Shown piece by piece: positions 12,500 to 28,549 of a stretch of 64,000 nt of DNA. Made by a program: the position numbers and the translations under genes. Under the pieces are notes generated by a model, which ran no database searches, was not told the origin of the DNA, and saw only the letters and a list, made by a program, of their open reading frames with translations. Each line of letters begins with the position of its first letter. Positions within the stretch are counted from its first letter, which is position 1. This DNA is from Eledone cirrhosa (Eukaryota), in NCBI GenBank assembly GCA_964016885.1, contig OZ024751.1, forward strand, positions 7,316,001-7,380,000. Reading direction: 5' to 3'.

Positions 12500-14470
12500 T
12501 TAGGGAGAAGTGTTTAGACGGGGTCCGTATTTGTTAATGAAGTAAGATTCCTTGCTGATGCGCTGGGTGTGGGTGGCATTATCTTTAAATTTGTAGATGG
12601 GAAATATTCTGAAGTTGGGATAATTTTGGGCGGCACAGGCATCAATGTGTTCACTCAGTGGTATTTTCCTGTATTCCCATATTTTAATTTGGGATCTATG
12701 GACAGTCATGCGTTGGCGGAGGCTGTTTTTGCTCTGGCCTATGTATTGTTCTCGACAACCTGAACAAGTTAATACATATATTAGATTTTCCGATGCACAT
12801 GTGTAATTGTGTTTTACTATAAAACGTTGTCCATCTTTGAAATAGAATTCCGAACCCTCTATTAGGTTGATGCAAATGCCACAGTTGGGTCTATCGCATT
12901 GTTTTACAGTGGGTTTCGTTGTTTTGGTTGGCAGTACTTTGGCATGTGTTAAGATGTTTTTCATTGACTTGGATTGTCTTTTGCTCTTTATGATATCGTG
13001 TGTTCGTAGAATTTGGTTCATTCTATGGTCCTTTTTCAATACAGGGATGTTGTGGAGGATGGTGTCAAAGGCCTCATTGTTGAGGGGGTTGTGTGTGGAG
13101 ATGTATGGAAGAGCTTTTAGTTTTGGTTGATTTACTTTAGGGTGTCTAAGGTCCTGGGTACTGAGTTTTAGGGCACGTTGGATTCCATTGTCAATTAGTG
13201 ATGCAGGGTAGTCCCTGCCTATGAGTGTGTCCTTTAGTTCTTGTAGCCGTAAGTAGCAGATGTTTTTATTGGAGACTATAGTACAGATTCTCTTGGCTAA
13301 GTTGTAGGGAATATTAATTTTAACGTGTCTAGGGTGGCAAGAGTTGAAGGGGAGGTATTGCTTGGAGTCTGTGGGCTTGTAGTATATGTCTGTTTCTATT
13401 TTTTTGTTATGGATCTTAATGAGGATGTCGAGGAAGGGGAGTTGTTGATGGCTGTATTCCATCGGGAAGTTAATATTTGTGTTGAGCCCATTTATGAGGG
13501 TGTGAAATTCTTTAAGTTTTTCGATGTTTTCGTGCCAAAGGATGAAGCAGTCATCTAGATATCGCTTCCAGTTCCTTTCAATGTGTAAGTGGAGGGTGTT
13601 TCCAAATTTGTTTACGACTTTAGTGTAGAGGGTGATTTCCAGGTATCCCATGACTAGGTTGGCATAAGTAGGGGCTGTTTTCGTTCCCATAGCGGTCCCA
13701 GATTTCTGCCTGTAGGGTTTGTTATTGAAAACGAAGTAATTGTTCTCCAAGATAAATTTGAGTCCCTCTATCACGAATTCTTTTTTGATGCGTTGTGGGA
13801 GTTCATTGTGGAAATTATCCAGCCAAAATTGGATAGCTTCTATTCCTAGGTTGTGGGGGATGTTGGAGTATAGGTTGACTACATCGAACGTCACTAGTAG
13901 GGTTTGTTCAGAAAGTGGCATATTAGGGAGGTGATTGAGCATATCTAGGTCGTCCCTTATATAGCTTTTGATGTGCTTGAGGAAGGGTTTGAGAAAGGTA
14001 TCAATGAAGTTGGTAAGACGGTGAGTTTCGCAAGCGGGGCCTGCTATTATAGGTCTTAATTTGAGATCATTGGGTGAGGGGACATTGATGACTATGTCTG
14101 TGGTTTCCTTGCATGCCTTACTGATTGATTCGCTTTTATGTACTTTAGGGATACCGTAGAAAAGGCTGGATTTACTTGTGAAGTCTGTGATGAAGCTGAA
14201 TTCCTTGTTAGTGAGTCCTTCTTTGTATTGGTTGATTAGAGTTTTTAGGTTTCTCATAATTTTCTGTTGATTGTAGTGTTCAGACTTTTCGTAGTATGTT
14301 TCGTTTTCCAAAGTGGAGAGCGCTAAGTTGATATAGAATTCTGTCTCCATTAGGACTACTGTACTCCCTTTATCAGCCTCTTTAATTGTAATGGTTCTGT
14401 CGGTTTTTAATCTATTTAATTCTTCCCATTCTTTCTTGTTGAGGTTTGGCTTGTGTTTTTGTCTGTGCAA
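12500..14470 (-). CDS. Penelope-like reverse transcriptase-GIY-YIG endonuclease (656-aa open frame; N-terminus cut by one stop)
   Basis: RT motifs IKEADKG, FYGIPKVHK, LRPIIAG, TFDVVNLYSNIPH, GTAMG, RYLDD. Cys linker CDRPNCGIC, as in Neptune-type PLEs. Endonuclease NLIYVLTCSGCREQYIGQS. Upstream LLSKGLKFTPTP near 14670-14705 is separated by a TAA near 14535. Confidence 0.93.
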   Translation of the reverse strand: MHRQKHKPNLNKKEWEELNRLKTDRTITIKEADKGSTVVLMETEFYINLALSTLENETYYEKSEHYNQQKIMRNLKTLINQYKEGLTNKEFSFITDFTSKSSLFYGIPKVHKSESISKACKETTDIVINVPSPNDLKLRPIIAGPACETHRLTNFIDTFLKPFLKHIKSYIRDDLDMLNHLPNMPLSEQTLLVTFDVVNLYSNIPHNLGIEAIQFWLDNFHNELPQRIKKEFVIEGLKFILENNYFVFNNKPYRQKSGTAMGTKTAPTYANLVMGYLEITLYTKVVNKFGNTLHLHIERNWKRYLDDCFILWHENIEKLKEFHTLINGLNTNINFPMEYSHQQLPFLDILIKIHNKKIETDIYYKPTDSKQYLPFNSCHPRHVKINIPYNLAKRICTIVSNKNICYLRLQELKDTLIGRDYPASLIDNGIQRALKLSTQDLRHPKVNQPKLKALPYISTHNPLNNEAFDTILHNIPVLKKDHRMNQILRTHDIIKSKRQSKSMKNILTHAKVLPTKTTKPTVKQCDRPNCGICINLIEGSEFYFKDGQRFIVKHNYTCASENLIYVLTCSGCREQYIGQSKNSLRQRMTVHRSQIKIWEYRKIPLSEHIDACAAQNYPNFRIFPIYKFKDNATHTQRISKESYFINKYGPRLNTSP

Positions 14471-15000
14471 GTGTTGGTAAGGGAAATTTGTGATGTGTTC
14501 ACAGAATTCGTCCAGGATTTTATTTCTACCTTTTTAAGGGGTGTAATTGCTTCTATTTCTGGCTAATGATTCATCCTCATTGTACTGGTCGAATAGTTGT
14601 TCACTAAGTCGTAACTTTCTACAGAAGTCTGTGATGTCTTCCTTCATTTCATAGTAGTTAGGACGTAGTGGGGTCGGTGTGAATTTAAGACCTTTGGAGA
14701 GTAAGTTGATAAGGTTGGGTGTTGTTCTGCACTAGTAATTGATAATTTTTATTACTATCGGTTTCTTCTCCCTGTCTTGTGTTATTTTGTTTGCCTGTAT
14801 CTGTGTGCTGTGTCTAAATTGTTTTGACCAATAAATTTTGCTGGAGCCACCTTTTTAACATTTTAACATAAAAACAGTCTTTTATTCCTAATTATTCTTT
14901 TATTCCTAATTAAACCATTTTTCAACTGTGAACAATTTGTCTGCATTTTCTATTCGGTTTACCAATATATAATAACTTGTGTGTTACATCTCTATTCTTT

Positions 15001-15105
<105 letters not shown>

Positions 15106-15154
15106 GTATATATATATAAATATATGTATATATATATATATGTATATATATATG

Positions 15155-15210
<56 letters not shown>

Positions 15211-15278
15211 TAGATATATATGTATATATATATATATAGAGAGAGAGAGAGATATATGTATATATATATATATATATA

Positions 15279-15530
15279 TTGGTAAACGGAATAGAAAATG
15301 CTGACAAATTGTTCACAGTTGAAAAATGGTTTAATTAGGAATAAAAGAGTATTAGTGATTGTATGGGTTAGTATTCAGTTGTGGTTTTAGTTTTTAAAAA
15401 CTTAAAACCACAACTGAATACTAACCCTTACAATCACTAATACTCTTTTATTCCTAATTAAACCATTTTTCAACTGTGAACAATTTGTCAGCATTTTCTA
15501 TTCCGGTTACCAATATATAATAACTTGTGT
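15279..15530. mobile_element. Fold-back palindrome of the PLE terminal ~120 bp
   Basis: 15279-15395 matches 11389-11510, and 15396-15515 is its reverse complement. The centre is TTTTT|AAAAA at 15395/15396. Confidence 0.85.
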
Positions 15531-15542
15531 GTTGATATATTT

Positions 15543-15617
<75 letters not shown>

Positions 15618-15618
15618 G

Positions 15619-15879
<261 letters not shown>

Positions 15880-15888
15880 GTATATATA

Positions 15889-17659
15889 TTTATTAAAATA
15901 ACAGATTAAAGTTTAAGCAAAGAATCGCTGCTTTCGCCCTTAACGGGATCTTCTGAAACTAATAAAGTCAATCTGTAAACGCAGAACTGGATATTTCAGA
16001 AAACGTTGCAACCGGAGGGCTAGATCGTATAACGGTAATAAAAGACCATGTGACCTCTGCGCCGCTGAGGCCCTGGAAATACTGTACGCCACAGACCACA
16101 TCTTAAACAAAAAATCTGAGGCAATTTCGGCTTGTAAACGTAAACTGCAAAAAACTTTCCTGTATTACAGCCCCACGTTATACCCTAACGGATAGCATGA
16201 TCTATACGTGGATATTTGACGTCTTGATGTGGGAGCTAAGTATATGTTTTGTTTATTCTTTTACTTACTTGCATAGGTAAGTATATATTACCCGTATGTT
16301 TTGTGAAGGTATGTATACCTTCTCGTAGGTATATTTGACTGTTATGGCGTATCATTTTTACATATTCTGGTATTTAGGGTTTGGCTATGTGTATACGGGA
16401 GTTTTGCGTCTGCGTGAGTATGCAGGTTCGTACGTATGGTGGGTGTGTGTATATGTGTACTTATTGTTTTAGTTGACTTACGTCTCCGAACATTCGTGTA
16501 TTTATTTGTAGGTATGTGTGTGCGCTTGTTATATACGTATTTATTTACTTATATACGTTTATATAATTATTTATTTATTTGTACACAAGCATACACACAC
16601 ACACATATTTATTTGTGCGTGGTTTTGTATACCTATGGTAAGGTTTTGCGTATGCTTGTGTATGTACGTATCTGTTTGCGTGGATGTATTTATTTGTTTC
16701 TATTACTTCTGTATTGTATTTATTTATTTTGTTCTTAACTCTGTAGCGGAGATTCATTTGGTCTCCTAGTTAGAATTTTAGTCTATGACTTCTGCTTTAC
16801 CATTTACGTGGTTTTGTCTTTGCGTGCTATTGTTCTCCACGCTCCACGTATGACTTATTATCTTCGTTTTTTCGTTCATTGCCAGAGAAGGTCTCTATGC
16901 ACCACCTTAAATAACATTAGTCTACGAACTCTTTTATACCATAAACGTGGTTCTGTCTTTGCGCGTAATTGTTTTTCACCGCTCCTAATAATTGTTTCTA
17001 CTTTAGGCACAAGGCCAGCAATTATCCAGTTCATTACTGGTACTTTATTTTATCGACCCTGTAAGAATGAAAGGCAAAGTCAACCTCGGCGGGATTTGAA
17101 CTCAGATCGTAAAGGGACGTAACTATGCTGGAAAGCATGGCGTCCGAGCCTCTACCGATACTGCCAATCCACCGCTCCTAATAATTGTTTCTACTTTTGG
17201 CACAAGGCCATCAATTACCCAGTGCATTACTGGTACTTTATTTTATCGACCCCGTAAGGATGAAAGGCAAAGTCAACCTCGGCGGGATTTGAACTCAGAT
17301 CATACAGGGAGGTAACTCTATGCTTCAAAGCATGGCGTCCGACCCTCTACCGATACTGCCAATAATGACGTATTATTCGTTTTTTCCCGTTCTTTGCCAG
17401 CGAACGTTACCACGAACCAAAGTATCGTCTTCCTGTCTTCCTCCGGTTGCAACGATTTTTGAAATATCCAGTTCTAGGTTTACAGATTGACGTTATTAGT
17501 TTCAGAAGAATCCGTTAGGGCTGAAAGCAGCGATTCTTTGCTTAAAATTTAATCTGTTATTTTAATAAATATTTGCTCTACGGTTCTTATATATTTAATA
17601 TATATTTTCCTTATCGAGCCCTCTTTGGATTTTAGTCTTCAATTTTATTATTATTACTA

Positions 17660-17660
<1 letters not shown>
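15889..17660 (+). mobile_element. 5'-truncated PLE (3' UTR only) with ~130-bp inverted terminal copy
   Basis: 15889-16019 is the reverse complement of 17441-17570. The body is the reverse complement of 25970-27238, where it adjoins a GIY-YIG relic. Confidence 0.8.
16993..17360 (-). mobile_element. Tandem dimer of tRNA-derived SINE inserted in the PLE 3' UTR
   Basis: Two ~190-bp units containing GATGAAAGGCAAAGTCAACCTCGGCGGGATTTGAACTC. They are absent from the sister copy near 26270. Confidence 0.8.
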
Positions 17661-18849
<1,189 letters not shown>

Positions 18850-18854
<5 letters not shown>

Positions 18855-21800
18855 ACCACCAATAACTCAAACAAGGAATCCACAAATCTGCCGCTTTTCC
18901 CTGCGAGACAGATTGTGTTTACACCGGGATTGTCCCTTTACCCATCTCCCGGGGACCCGTCGGACAAATGAAAATAAAATTAAAAATAAAAGCAAAAACA
19001 AAAACCATAACCTACATAAAAATAACCACTACCACAGTCACCAACAGTCTTCTAAACAGGAAACTTCTTCCTTTTTTTTTAGCCATAATGAATCTGGCAA
19101 AAGAACTGGAAAAAAACATTCGAGCTATCACCCAGCACCACCCTCCACTATCACCACACTGCACAATCTCCCATTGCTGCCATTAACAAACAAACAAATT
19201 AACAACACACCAAAACAATTAAAACCATCCACTCTCGCCTCTACATTTTTGCTTAACGCCCAAGGCATCAGCCCTTCCACCAATACTCAAAAATGGAAGA
19301 TCAAATTCCTGGAGGACTGGATTGATGTCCATCCAAACCACATCCCTTTCTTCGTCCTCACTGAAACCCATCTCAGTAACCTCCACTTGGAAGCCGAGGT
19401 GAAAGTGAAAAATTTCAAAGCCATCCGTGCTGATCGCGCTGGCAGAAGAAAGGGCGGAACTGCCATTTATGTCCATAATTCTTTCTCAACAGAGGCTATG
19501 AACATATTCACTAATGGATACTGTCAGGCAGTCACTGTATTCAGTCAAACCAACAACCTATTAGTAGTTGGGCTCTATAGGCCACCCCAAACGCCTGTAC
19601 CATGCTTCAAGGAATGCCTCAACAGCATAAAGTGTTTCATCCAAGAGTGTCACCCTGACAACATCTTAATGATGGGGGACTTCAACCTCCCCGGAGTTGA
19701 CTGGTCCACAAACAGCCTGCCACCAGGTTCTTCTGCCTCAACCTCTGACAGGGAAGCTGTGAAATCGCTTCTTGACTACATGGATGATTTCTTCCTATCC
19801 CAACTGGTGCTCGAACCAACGAGGTGCCACAAAAACGTCCTAGACTTAATTTTCAGCAATCACACTGACAATATCCACAATATTGCAGTGGAGAAAACTC
19901 TAATCTCTGATCATGACATGGTTCTCTGTGATCTGAGATTCCACCGTCCAATATACAAACCCACTGTCATCTCTCCTGTCCATCCGTTTGACGCTATGGA
20001 TTTCCACAATGCAAACTGGGAAGCGATCAGTCATGATCTTGCACATGTCGACTGGTCCTTCACGCACACTCATACACCCACTAACATCAAAAAGTCCTGG
20101 CAGACATTTGTGGACACTGTTACAAACATATGTGCTAAACACACCCCATTAAGAACTATAAACAAATCTAAGAGCAGAATCCCTAGAAATAGAAAAACGC
20201 TCATCAGAAAAATTAAGAGAACGAACAAAAAAATCAACAAGCTGAAATACCGTCAGCAGCAACACATCAACTTGACTGCCATTTCATCACTAGAGATTAA
20301 AAAACATAACCTCCAAAACAACATAATGTCCCTCATCAACAATCAGAGAAGAGCTGAAGAGGCCTGGGCCATTGAGAAGATCAAACTCAATCCCAAAGTG
20401 TTCTTTTCATTTGCAAAAAAACACAAAATCACTGGCTCTACTGTTGGCCCTCTAATTGATGAAAATGGCACTCTTCAAGACAATGCTAAAACCATGGGTG
20501 AGATACTGCAGAAACAATACTGCTCTGTTTTCAGCAATCCTGATATGGCCGATCTGGGCTGTATCGGCGATGTTACTCCCCATTACACCTTATCGGACAT
20601 AACGTTTGGCGCCCCTGATGTCTTGGCGGCAATAAAGGAAATCAAGCATAATTCAGCAGTAGGTCCCGATAGTTTACCTGCTTGTGTCTTGAAGGCGTGT
20701 CAACACCAACTTGCATCTCCTCTTGCCAATCTGTGGCGGAACTCACTGGATGCTGGATATGTGCCAGAAAACCTTCTATCCCAGTGTGTTGTCCCAGTTT
20801 TCAAAAAGGGAAACAAATCCCTTGCCGTGAATTACCGTCCAATCTCACTCACCTCTCATATCATTAAGGTATTTGAGAGAGTGGTGAGATCGCGAATGAC
20901 CCACTTCCTTGAGAGTAACAATATGCTGAACTCCAACCAGCATGGATTCCGTAATGGAAGGGATTGCCTGACGCAGCTACTGCATCACTTTGATGACATT
21001 TTGAGAGCCTTGGGAGAGGGTTCCAACACTGATGTTATCTACCTTGATTTCAGCAAGGCCTTTGACAGGGTTGATCATAACATTCTACTGAGAAAGCTGT
21101 CCAATATTGGTGTCACTGGAAAGCTGCTGCAGTGGATCAAGAGCTTCCTGTCAAACAGAACCCAACATGTTGTAGTTGAGGGAGTCAAATCCAGCCCAGC
21201 CAATGTCAGTAGTGGGGTCCCACAAGGCACTGTGTTGGGCCCACTTCTCTTCATCATCTATATTAATGACATCACTGACATCATCAAACACAGCAACATT
21301 AAAATTTTCGCTGATGATTCCAAGCTCCAAAAGGTCATCAATGGCGTGGATGACCGGATAAGCCTTCAGTAAGACCTACTGGCTGTTACCCAATGGGCGG
21401 AAAAGAACAACATGTTACTGAACGAAGACAAATTCGAACTGATCCACTTTGGAAAAGAGGATGCTCTGAAACTCCCGTACTCCCTTCCCTCCGGGGAAAC
21501 TCTCGTGGCATCTAACAACATCAGAGACTTGGGAGTAACCGTGGACAGCAACATAAGCTGGACCACGCATATAAGCAGCAAAGTTGACATGGCCCGCAGA
21601 ATGTGTTCCTGGATCCTCAGAACCTTCCAGTCGAGAGATTCCCGCACCATTATCCTCTCTTCTCTACTTTTGCCCGACCACACCTTGAATACTGTTGTCC
21701 ACTGTGGTCTCCCCACACGAAACAAAGTATCATGAAACTTGAAGCTCCTCAAAGGGCAATCACGAAAAAGATAGATGGCATGTCAGACCTTGACTACTGG

Positions 21801-22279
21801 GGTCGATTAGAAAAGCTGAAACTTTACTCACTCCAACGTCGCCGTGAGCGTTATATTATCTGCATGATGTGGAAAATGTTCCATCATCACTGCCCAAATG
21901 ATGTTGGCATCGCCTTCAAGATACACCCAAGGCTTGGGCCCCGTGCTATCCGTCCCATTCAAAAATCTAAATCGCAACTCATAACAACAATACGGCACAA
22001 TTATTTCACCTCAATCGGCCCTGCTCTCTTCAACATCACACCAGGACACGTCAAAACAGAAACTGACCACACAAAATTCAAGAAGTCTTTGGACAAATTC
22101 CTCCAAGTAATCCCGGACAAACCACCCACACCCGGATATGTCTCCGCAAACAGTAATTCTCTTCTCGAATGGGCCATGGTGCCCAGATCCTGAATTGAAA
22201 GACTTCGCCAGGTGGTGCTATTAAGTTAGACATGGCCTGGGTCAATACTGGTCAAAACATTTCAAAGTTATTCAAAGTT

Positions 22280-22280
<1 letters not shown>
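18850..22280 (+). mobile_element. CR1/L2-group LINE (APE endonuclease + RT), 5'-truncated, inactivated
   Basis: Endonuclease motifs LTETHL, GLYRPP, MGDFNLP, LDLIFSN, SDH. RT motifs [36 protein letters not shown]. Stop at 21370-21372 and a frameshift near 21655. C-terminal LYSLQRRRERY. Short TTCAAAGTTA repeat tail. Confidence 0.92.
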
Positions 22281-23500
<1,220 letters not shown>

Positions 23501-25969
23501 AGTATGTATGTGTGTCTGTCTGTGTGCGCGTTTGTGAATGATCGGGGGAAAATTAAACAGACAGTATTCTTTTATTAAAATGAAACATGTATAACATCAA
23601 ATAGCGGGATACCATTTACCATTGTAAAACTTTTTTCTTTAACTATTATATTAAACAAATTTCTGAAACCAAATATTATTTTCAGATCTAACTACTAATG
23701 AGAGAGTGGTGAAATTTATTATCATAGACATCAAATATACGGTTTGCGAGATATTTTTTTTATATTTCGTTTCAATATTCCTGTCATTTAATATCATTTG
23801 AAAAAGTTTTTATATATAGTCACGAATGATAACAGATATTCTTTGTTGGACGTGTAATAAAAATATATAAAAAAGAACTGTTGAATTATTGTGTATGAGA
23901 GATAAAAAATCGACAATATTTACTGAGACGCTCTGGGAATTCTGAGCATTTACAAGCAAAATAGAGAATAATTTTAATAGAGTCTCTAGTATGCATGAAA
24001 ACAATTACTAAAAAAACTGTCCTTAAAATACAATATTAATAAAAATATAGAATAAAACATAATGAAAGGCATGACTAGAATAAGCAGATTTTCATAACTT
24101 CATCATTTTTAGAATATATTATATTTGTATATATTTTATATCTTTCATATTATACATTAGTGGTTATTTAATAAAATCACGTACTGTAGGTATCACAGTG
24201 GAAGTGCAAGGAAAAAAACCCGTCTTGAATTGCTACACTGATTATTATATTTTATTTTCTTCTTATAAGATGAGACTTTTTAATACATATGTTATACATG
24301 TTGAATACCTATTACTATATTTCAAACGTAAAACATACAAAAATTACAAACTTCTTTCAGGCCAGTAAGATGTCGGTTATTTTTCAGAAAAAACTTATTG
24401 AATAAAAATTCAAATTTAATCGATATACTTCAAGGTTTCATCAAAGAATTATTGAATTAATTCATAGTTGAATATAGGAAATTGGAGATGGAATGATTAT
24501 ATTATGGTGCCCAAACATATCGTTCTTCTATATTTATATTTTGTAAGAACGCTACAACCATATCTCTAATAAAGGTGCATTTTAAATACCTCCACTAGAA
24601 GTTGATTTTCAGATTATTTATTATATGCTTTCAGGATCTGTAATCAAAGTATATATTCCCAATTATTAAAGATTAATTGTGGTATTTTATTCTATATTCC
24701 CGTGTGAAATGCACGTAATTGAGTCACATTTGTGTTTTAAACCTTTTGTACAAGTTCATTGTGTTATGATCTACATCATATTTATCACATCGCCAAAGCC
24801 TTTTTTTTATAGCTTATTCCAATGAGCTATACTTTGTTATAGGTAATGTGCAGAAATACTCTAAAGAATTTGAATTTGAAGTACAATTATATTTGTTAGG
24901 TATTCTACTCATATACGATGTGAGAATGAATGAAAATGTGGTTTCTTTCGTACAGAACATATATGTCCTTAACTACATTTTACTGCGCAGTTCGTAAACG
25001 ATTATATAACACCGAAATATAAATATGTGGATTGCGTTCGTCTTTGATATATTGATATAATCAAATCTCACCATTTTGATTAAAGTTATACAGAGTATTT
25101 TAAAAATGCATTTCAACCTATGCAACTTGATTAATTGAAACTATACAGTATATAAACATACATATAATTCGGGTCACAGTTTGTTATATTTTGAATTACT
25201 AGCATCTGCGTTGTTTTAGCTGTCTATCTGAAATCAACTTGACTGTTAGATTGAAAAAAAAAAGATAAAATACAAATGCCATAACTAAGAAAATGTATAT
25301 GTCAACAAGTTAAATCTTCAGAATAAAATATGCATAAACGACGTATACATCGCGTAACGTGGATTATGTGCTTAGAAATATACGCAAACGACGTACAACT
25401 GAAATCTAGTATGATAAAGAGAAAAAAATACGGACATTAAAATTGGATATTCGATAGAACTTTGCACAAACTAACTTTAAAGATAATAAGAAAACATCGA
25501 AAAATGAATAAAAGAAATACTCAAAATGTCTATAGATTTGAAAATGTGTTAATATTATTCATAGTATTCAAGTATGCTAAAATCAAATACTGAGATAAAT
25601 ATGACTTTAAGTAAGATTAAGAGACGACAATATCATTTTCAATAGAGATGTTCAACAGATGCAGACAATACAATTATAATACATTTAATCTTACGACGTA
25701 TTGGAATTGCTAAATACAATGAAATGTTCATCAGAGATGTATTTGCAGAAAATAGTCTCTATAAAATACAGTAGAGTAAGATTAGATTTATTAATGGTTA
25801 GCATAACTAAGAATACCCAATGCGTAAAATGCGTTAGGTGTTAAATAATGACACGAAACATAATTTTATACCACATGGGACAAGAAGTAATTAATGTATT
25901 ATTATTTGACAAGCGCATTGGTATTCATTGGCGTCAGCACAGATTCTCACAGTGAGGTATATATATATA

Positions 25970-28134
25970 TAGTAATAATAAGAAATTTGAAGACTAAAAT
26001 CCAAAGAGGGCTCGATAAGGATAAATATATATGAAATATATAAGAACCGTAGAGCAAATATTTATTAAAATAACAGATTAAAGTTTAAGCAAAGAATCGC
26101 TGCTTTCACACTTAACGGGATTTTCTGAAGCTAAAAAAGTCAATCTATAAACGCAGAAGTGGATATTTCAAAAACCGTTGCAACCGGAGGAAGACAAGAA
26201 GACGATACTTTGATTCGTGAAAACGTTCGCTGGCAAAGAACGGCAAAAAACGAATAAAACGTCATTAATAGCAGCGGTGAAAAACAATTAGGCGCAAAGA
26301 CAGAACCACGTTTATGGTATAAAAGAGGTCGTAGACTAATGTTCTCTTAGGTGGTGCATAGAGACGTTCTCTGGCAATGAACGAAAAAACGAAGATAATA
26401 CGTCATATGTGGAGCGTGGAGAACAATAGCACGCAAAGACAAAACCACGTAAATGGTATAGCAGAAGTCGTAGACTAAAATTCTAACTAGGAGACCAAAT
26501 GAATCTCCGCTACAGAGTTAAGAACAAAATAAATAAATACAATACAGAAGTAATAGAAATAAATAAATACATACACGCAAACAAATACGCACATACACAA
26601 GCATACGCAAAACCTTACTATAGGTATACAAAACCACGCGCATATAAATGTGTGTGTTTGTGTATGCGTGTATACAAATAAATAAATAATTATATAAACG
26701 TATATAAATAAATAAATACGTATATAACAAGCGCACACACATACCTACATATAAATACACGAATGTTCGGAGACGTAAGTCAACTAAAACAAGAAGTACA
26801 CAAATACACACACCCACCATACGTACGAACCTGCATACTCACACAGACGCAAAACTCACGTATACACATAGCCAAACCCTATGTACCAGAAAATATAAAA
26901 TTATACGCCATAACAATCAAATATACGTACGAGAAGGTATACGTACCTTCACAAAACATACGGGTAATATATACTTACCTATGCAAATAAGTAAAGAAAT
27001 AAACAAAGCATATACATAGCTCCCACATCAAGACGTAAAATATCCACATATAGATCGTACGATCCGTTAGGGTATAACGTGGGGCTGTAATACAGGAAAG
27101 TTTTGTGCAGTTTATGTTTACAAGCCGAAATTGCCTCAGATTTTTGTTTAAGATGTGGTCTGTGGTGTAGAGTATTTCCAGGGCCTCAGCGGCGCAGAGG
27201 TCGCAAGGTCATCTATTTCCGTTATACGATCTAGCCCTAGCTAGGATCTTCCAGTGTAACTTATATTGGGTGTGGTTGTCTTTAAGACTCCAGATATAAA
27301 CTGAAAGTGACGTCATATTCCTTCTTAGAGGGTAACGAAAAGAATGGGTATGCATGTAAAGACGCTGCTTGAAACTATTGGCGGTTAACCCTATGTAGGC
27401 CCTACGGGACGTGGGTCTTACAACCTTACATTTGTAGACAATGTTACTAGAGAGCCATTTCCCGGATAGGGGGCAATCAGCCCGATTCCTACAATTACAG
27501 TTAGTACTAACTACAGGGTTGCACGTGTTCCTACGGCTAGGTAGTTTAGCTAAATTTGAAGCTGTGATGTTATGTGCAAGGTTAGGATCGTAGAGTAAGA
27601 AATTTTAATAGTATTTCTATTAAAAATGTTACTATATTTATGTGTAGGGGGAAAATGCTTCGTAATAAGGGAAAGAAAGATCTTAGCTAATGGTGTGGCT
27701 ACCTCCATATTATATGGTGGGCTATACCAACAAATACGACGGGATCTATTTCTTCTAGGTCTATTTTAATACTCTGTATATGCTACCTTATCGATAAATC
27801 CACTTCGAGCAAGAGCTTCATTGTAATAAGTGGAATGGTCGTTGAAAATACGCTCGTTGGTGGAAAGACGGGAAAGCCTCAACGAAACGTTTCTTACCAG
27901 GTTCTTGGTTAAGCTGGCAGGATGGTTGGAATGCTTGCTTATGTAATTAAGCGTATCATTCGGCTTTCTATACGGGTTGCTAGCAAACGTTTCCACCAAC
28001 CAAAGTATCGTCTTCCTCCGGTTGCAACGTTTTTTGAAATATCCAGCTCTGCGTTTACATATTAACTTTGTTAGCTTCAGAAGATCCCGTTAAGGGTGAA
28101 AGCAGCGATTCTTTGCTTAAACTTTAATCTGTTA

Positions 28135-28140
<6 letters not shown>
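25970..28140 (-). mobile_element. 5'-truncated PLE with GIY-YIG relic and inverted terminal copy
   Basis: Minus strand 27240-27990 encodes PYRKPNDTLNYISKHSNHP and CNCRNRADCPLSGK..IVYKCKV..AYIGLTANSFKQRLY. About 27980-28140 is the reverse complement of 26064-26236. Confidence 0.85.
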
Positions 28141-28183
<43 letters not shown>

Positions 28184-28504
28184 CAGGAGAGAGACACCAC
28201 CGACACACACACACACACACACACACAGACACCACACACACATACACACACATATATATATATATATATATATGTATATAAATATGTATGTATATAAATA
28301 TGTATGTATATGTATATATATGTATGTATATATATATGTATAATTATGTATGTATATATATATATATGTATAAATATGTATATATATCTATATATGTATA
28401 TATATGTATGTATATATATATGTATACATATTTATATATATATATATTTATATATATATATATATGTGCTTTTACGATTCTCTAGAAAGGCCGGAAGATA
28501 GGTA

Positions 28505-28549
28505 AATATTGCTGATGAGATGTAACAACATCGAAACTAGTCCAATATT
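28505..28549 (+). ncRNA. Canonical minimal type-I hammerhead ribozyme
   Basis: Stem I AATATTG/CAATATT (7 bp); CTGATGA; stem II GATGT-AACA-ACATC; GAAA; ACTAGT stem III; GUC triplet (cut after 28542). Confidence 0.92.

Larger units (their letters stand above)
11389..14990 (-). mobile_element. Penelope-like retroelement, near full length, with inverted pseudo-LTR at its 5' junction
   Basis: RT + GIY-YIG ORF. 14820-14970 is the reverse complement of parts of the 3' region (11733-11795 and 11389-11460). A hammerhead motif lies in the 3' region. Confidence 0.9.

Noticed and set aside
23600-25950. Repeat-poor AT-rich stretch as a gene
   Set aside because: No ORF or domain recognisable.
26008-26048. 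TCGATAAGG...GAAATATATA motif
   Set aside because: Antisense to the PLE, with poor stems I and II.
28072-28115. CAGAAGA-T-CCC-GTTAA-GGG-T-GAAAGCAGCG in the PLE terminal arm (also near 15930, 17500, 26100)
   Set aside because: Hammerhead-like spacing and position, but U4->A in all copies, no NUH triplet and no stem I.
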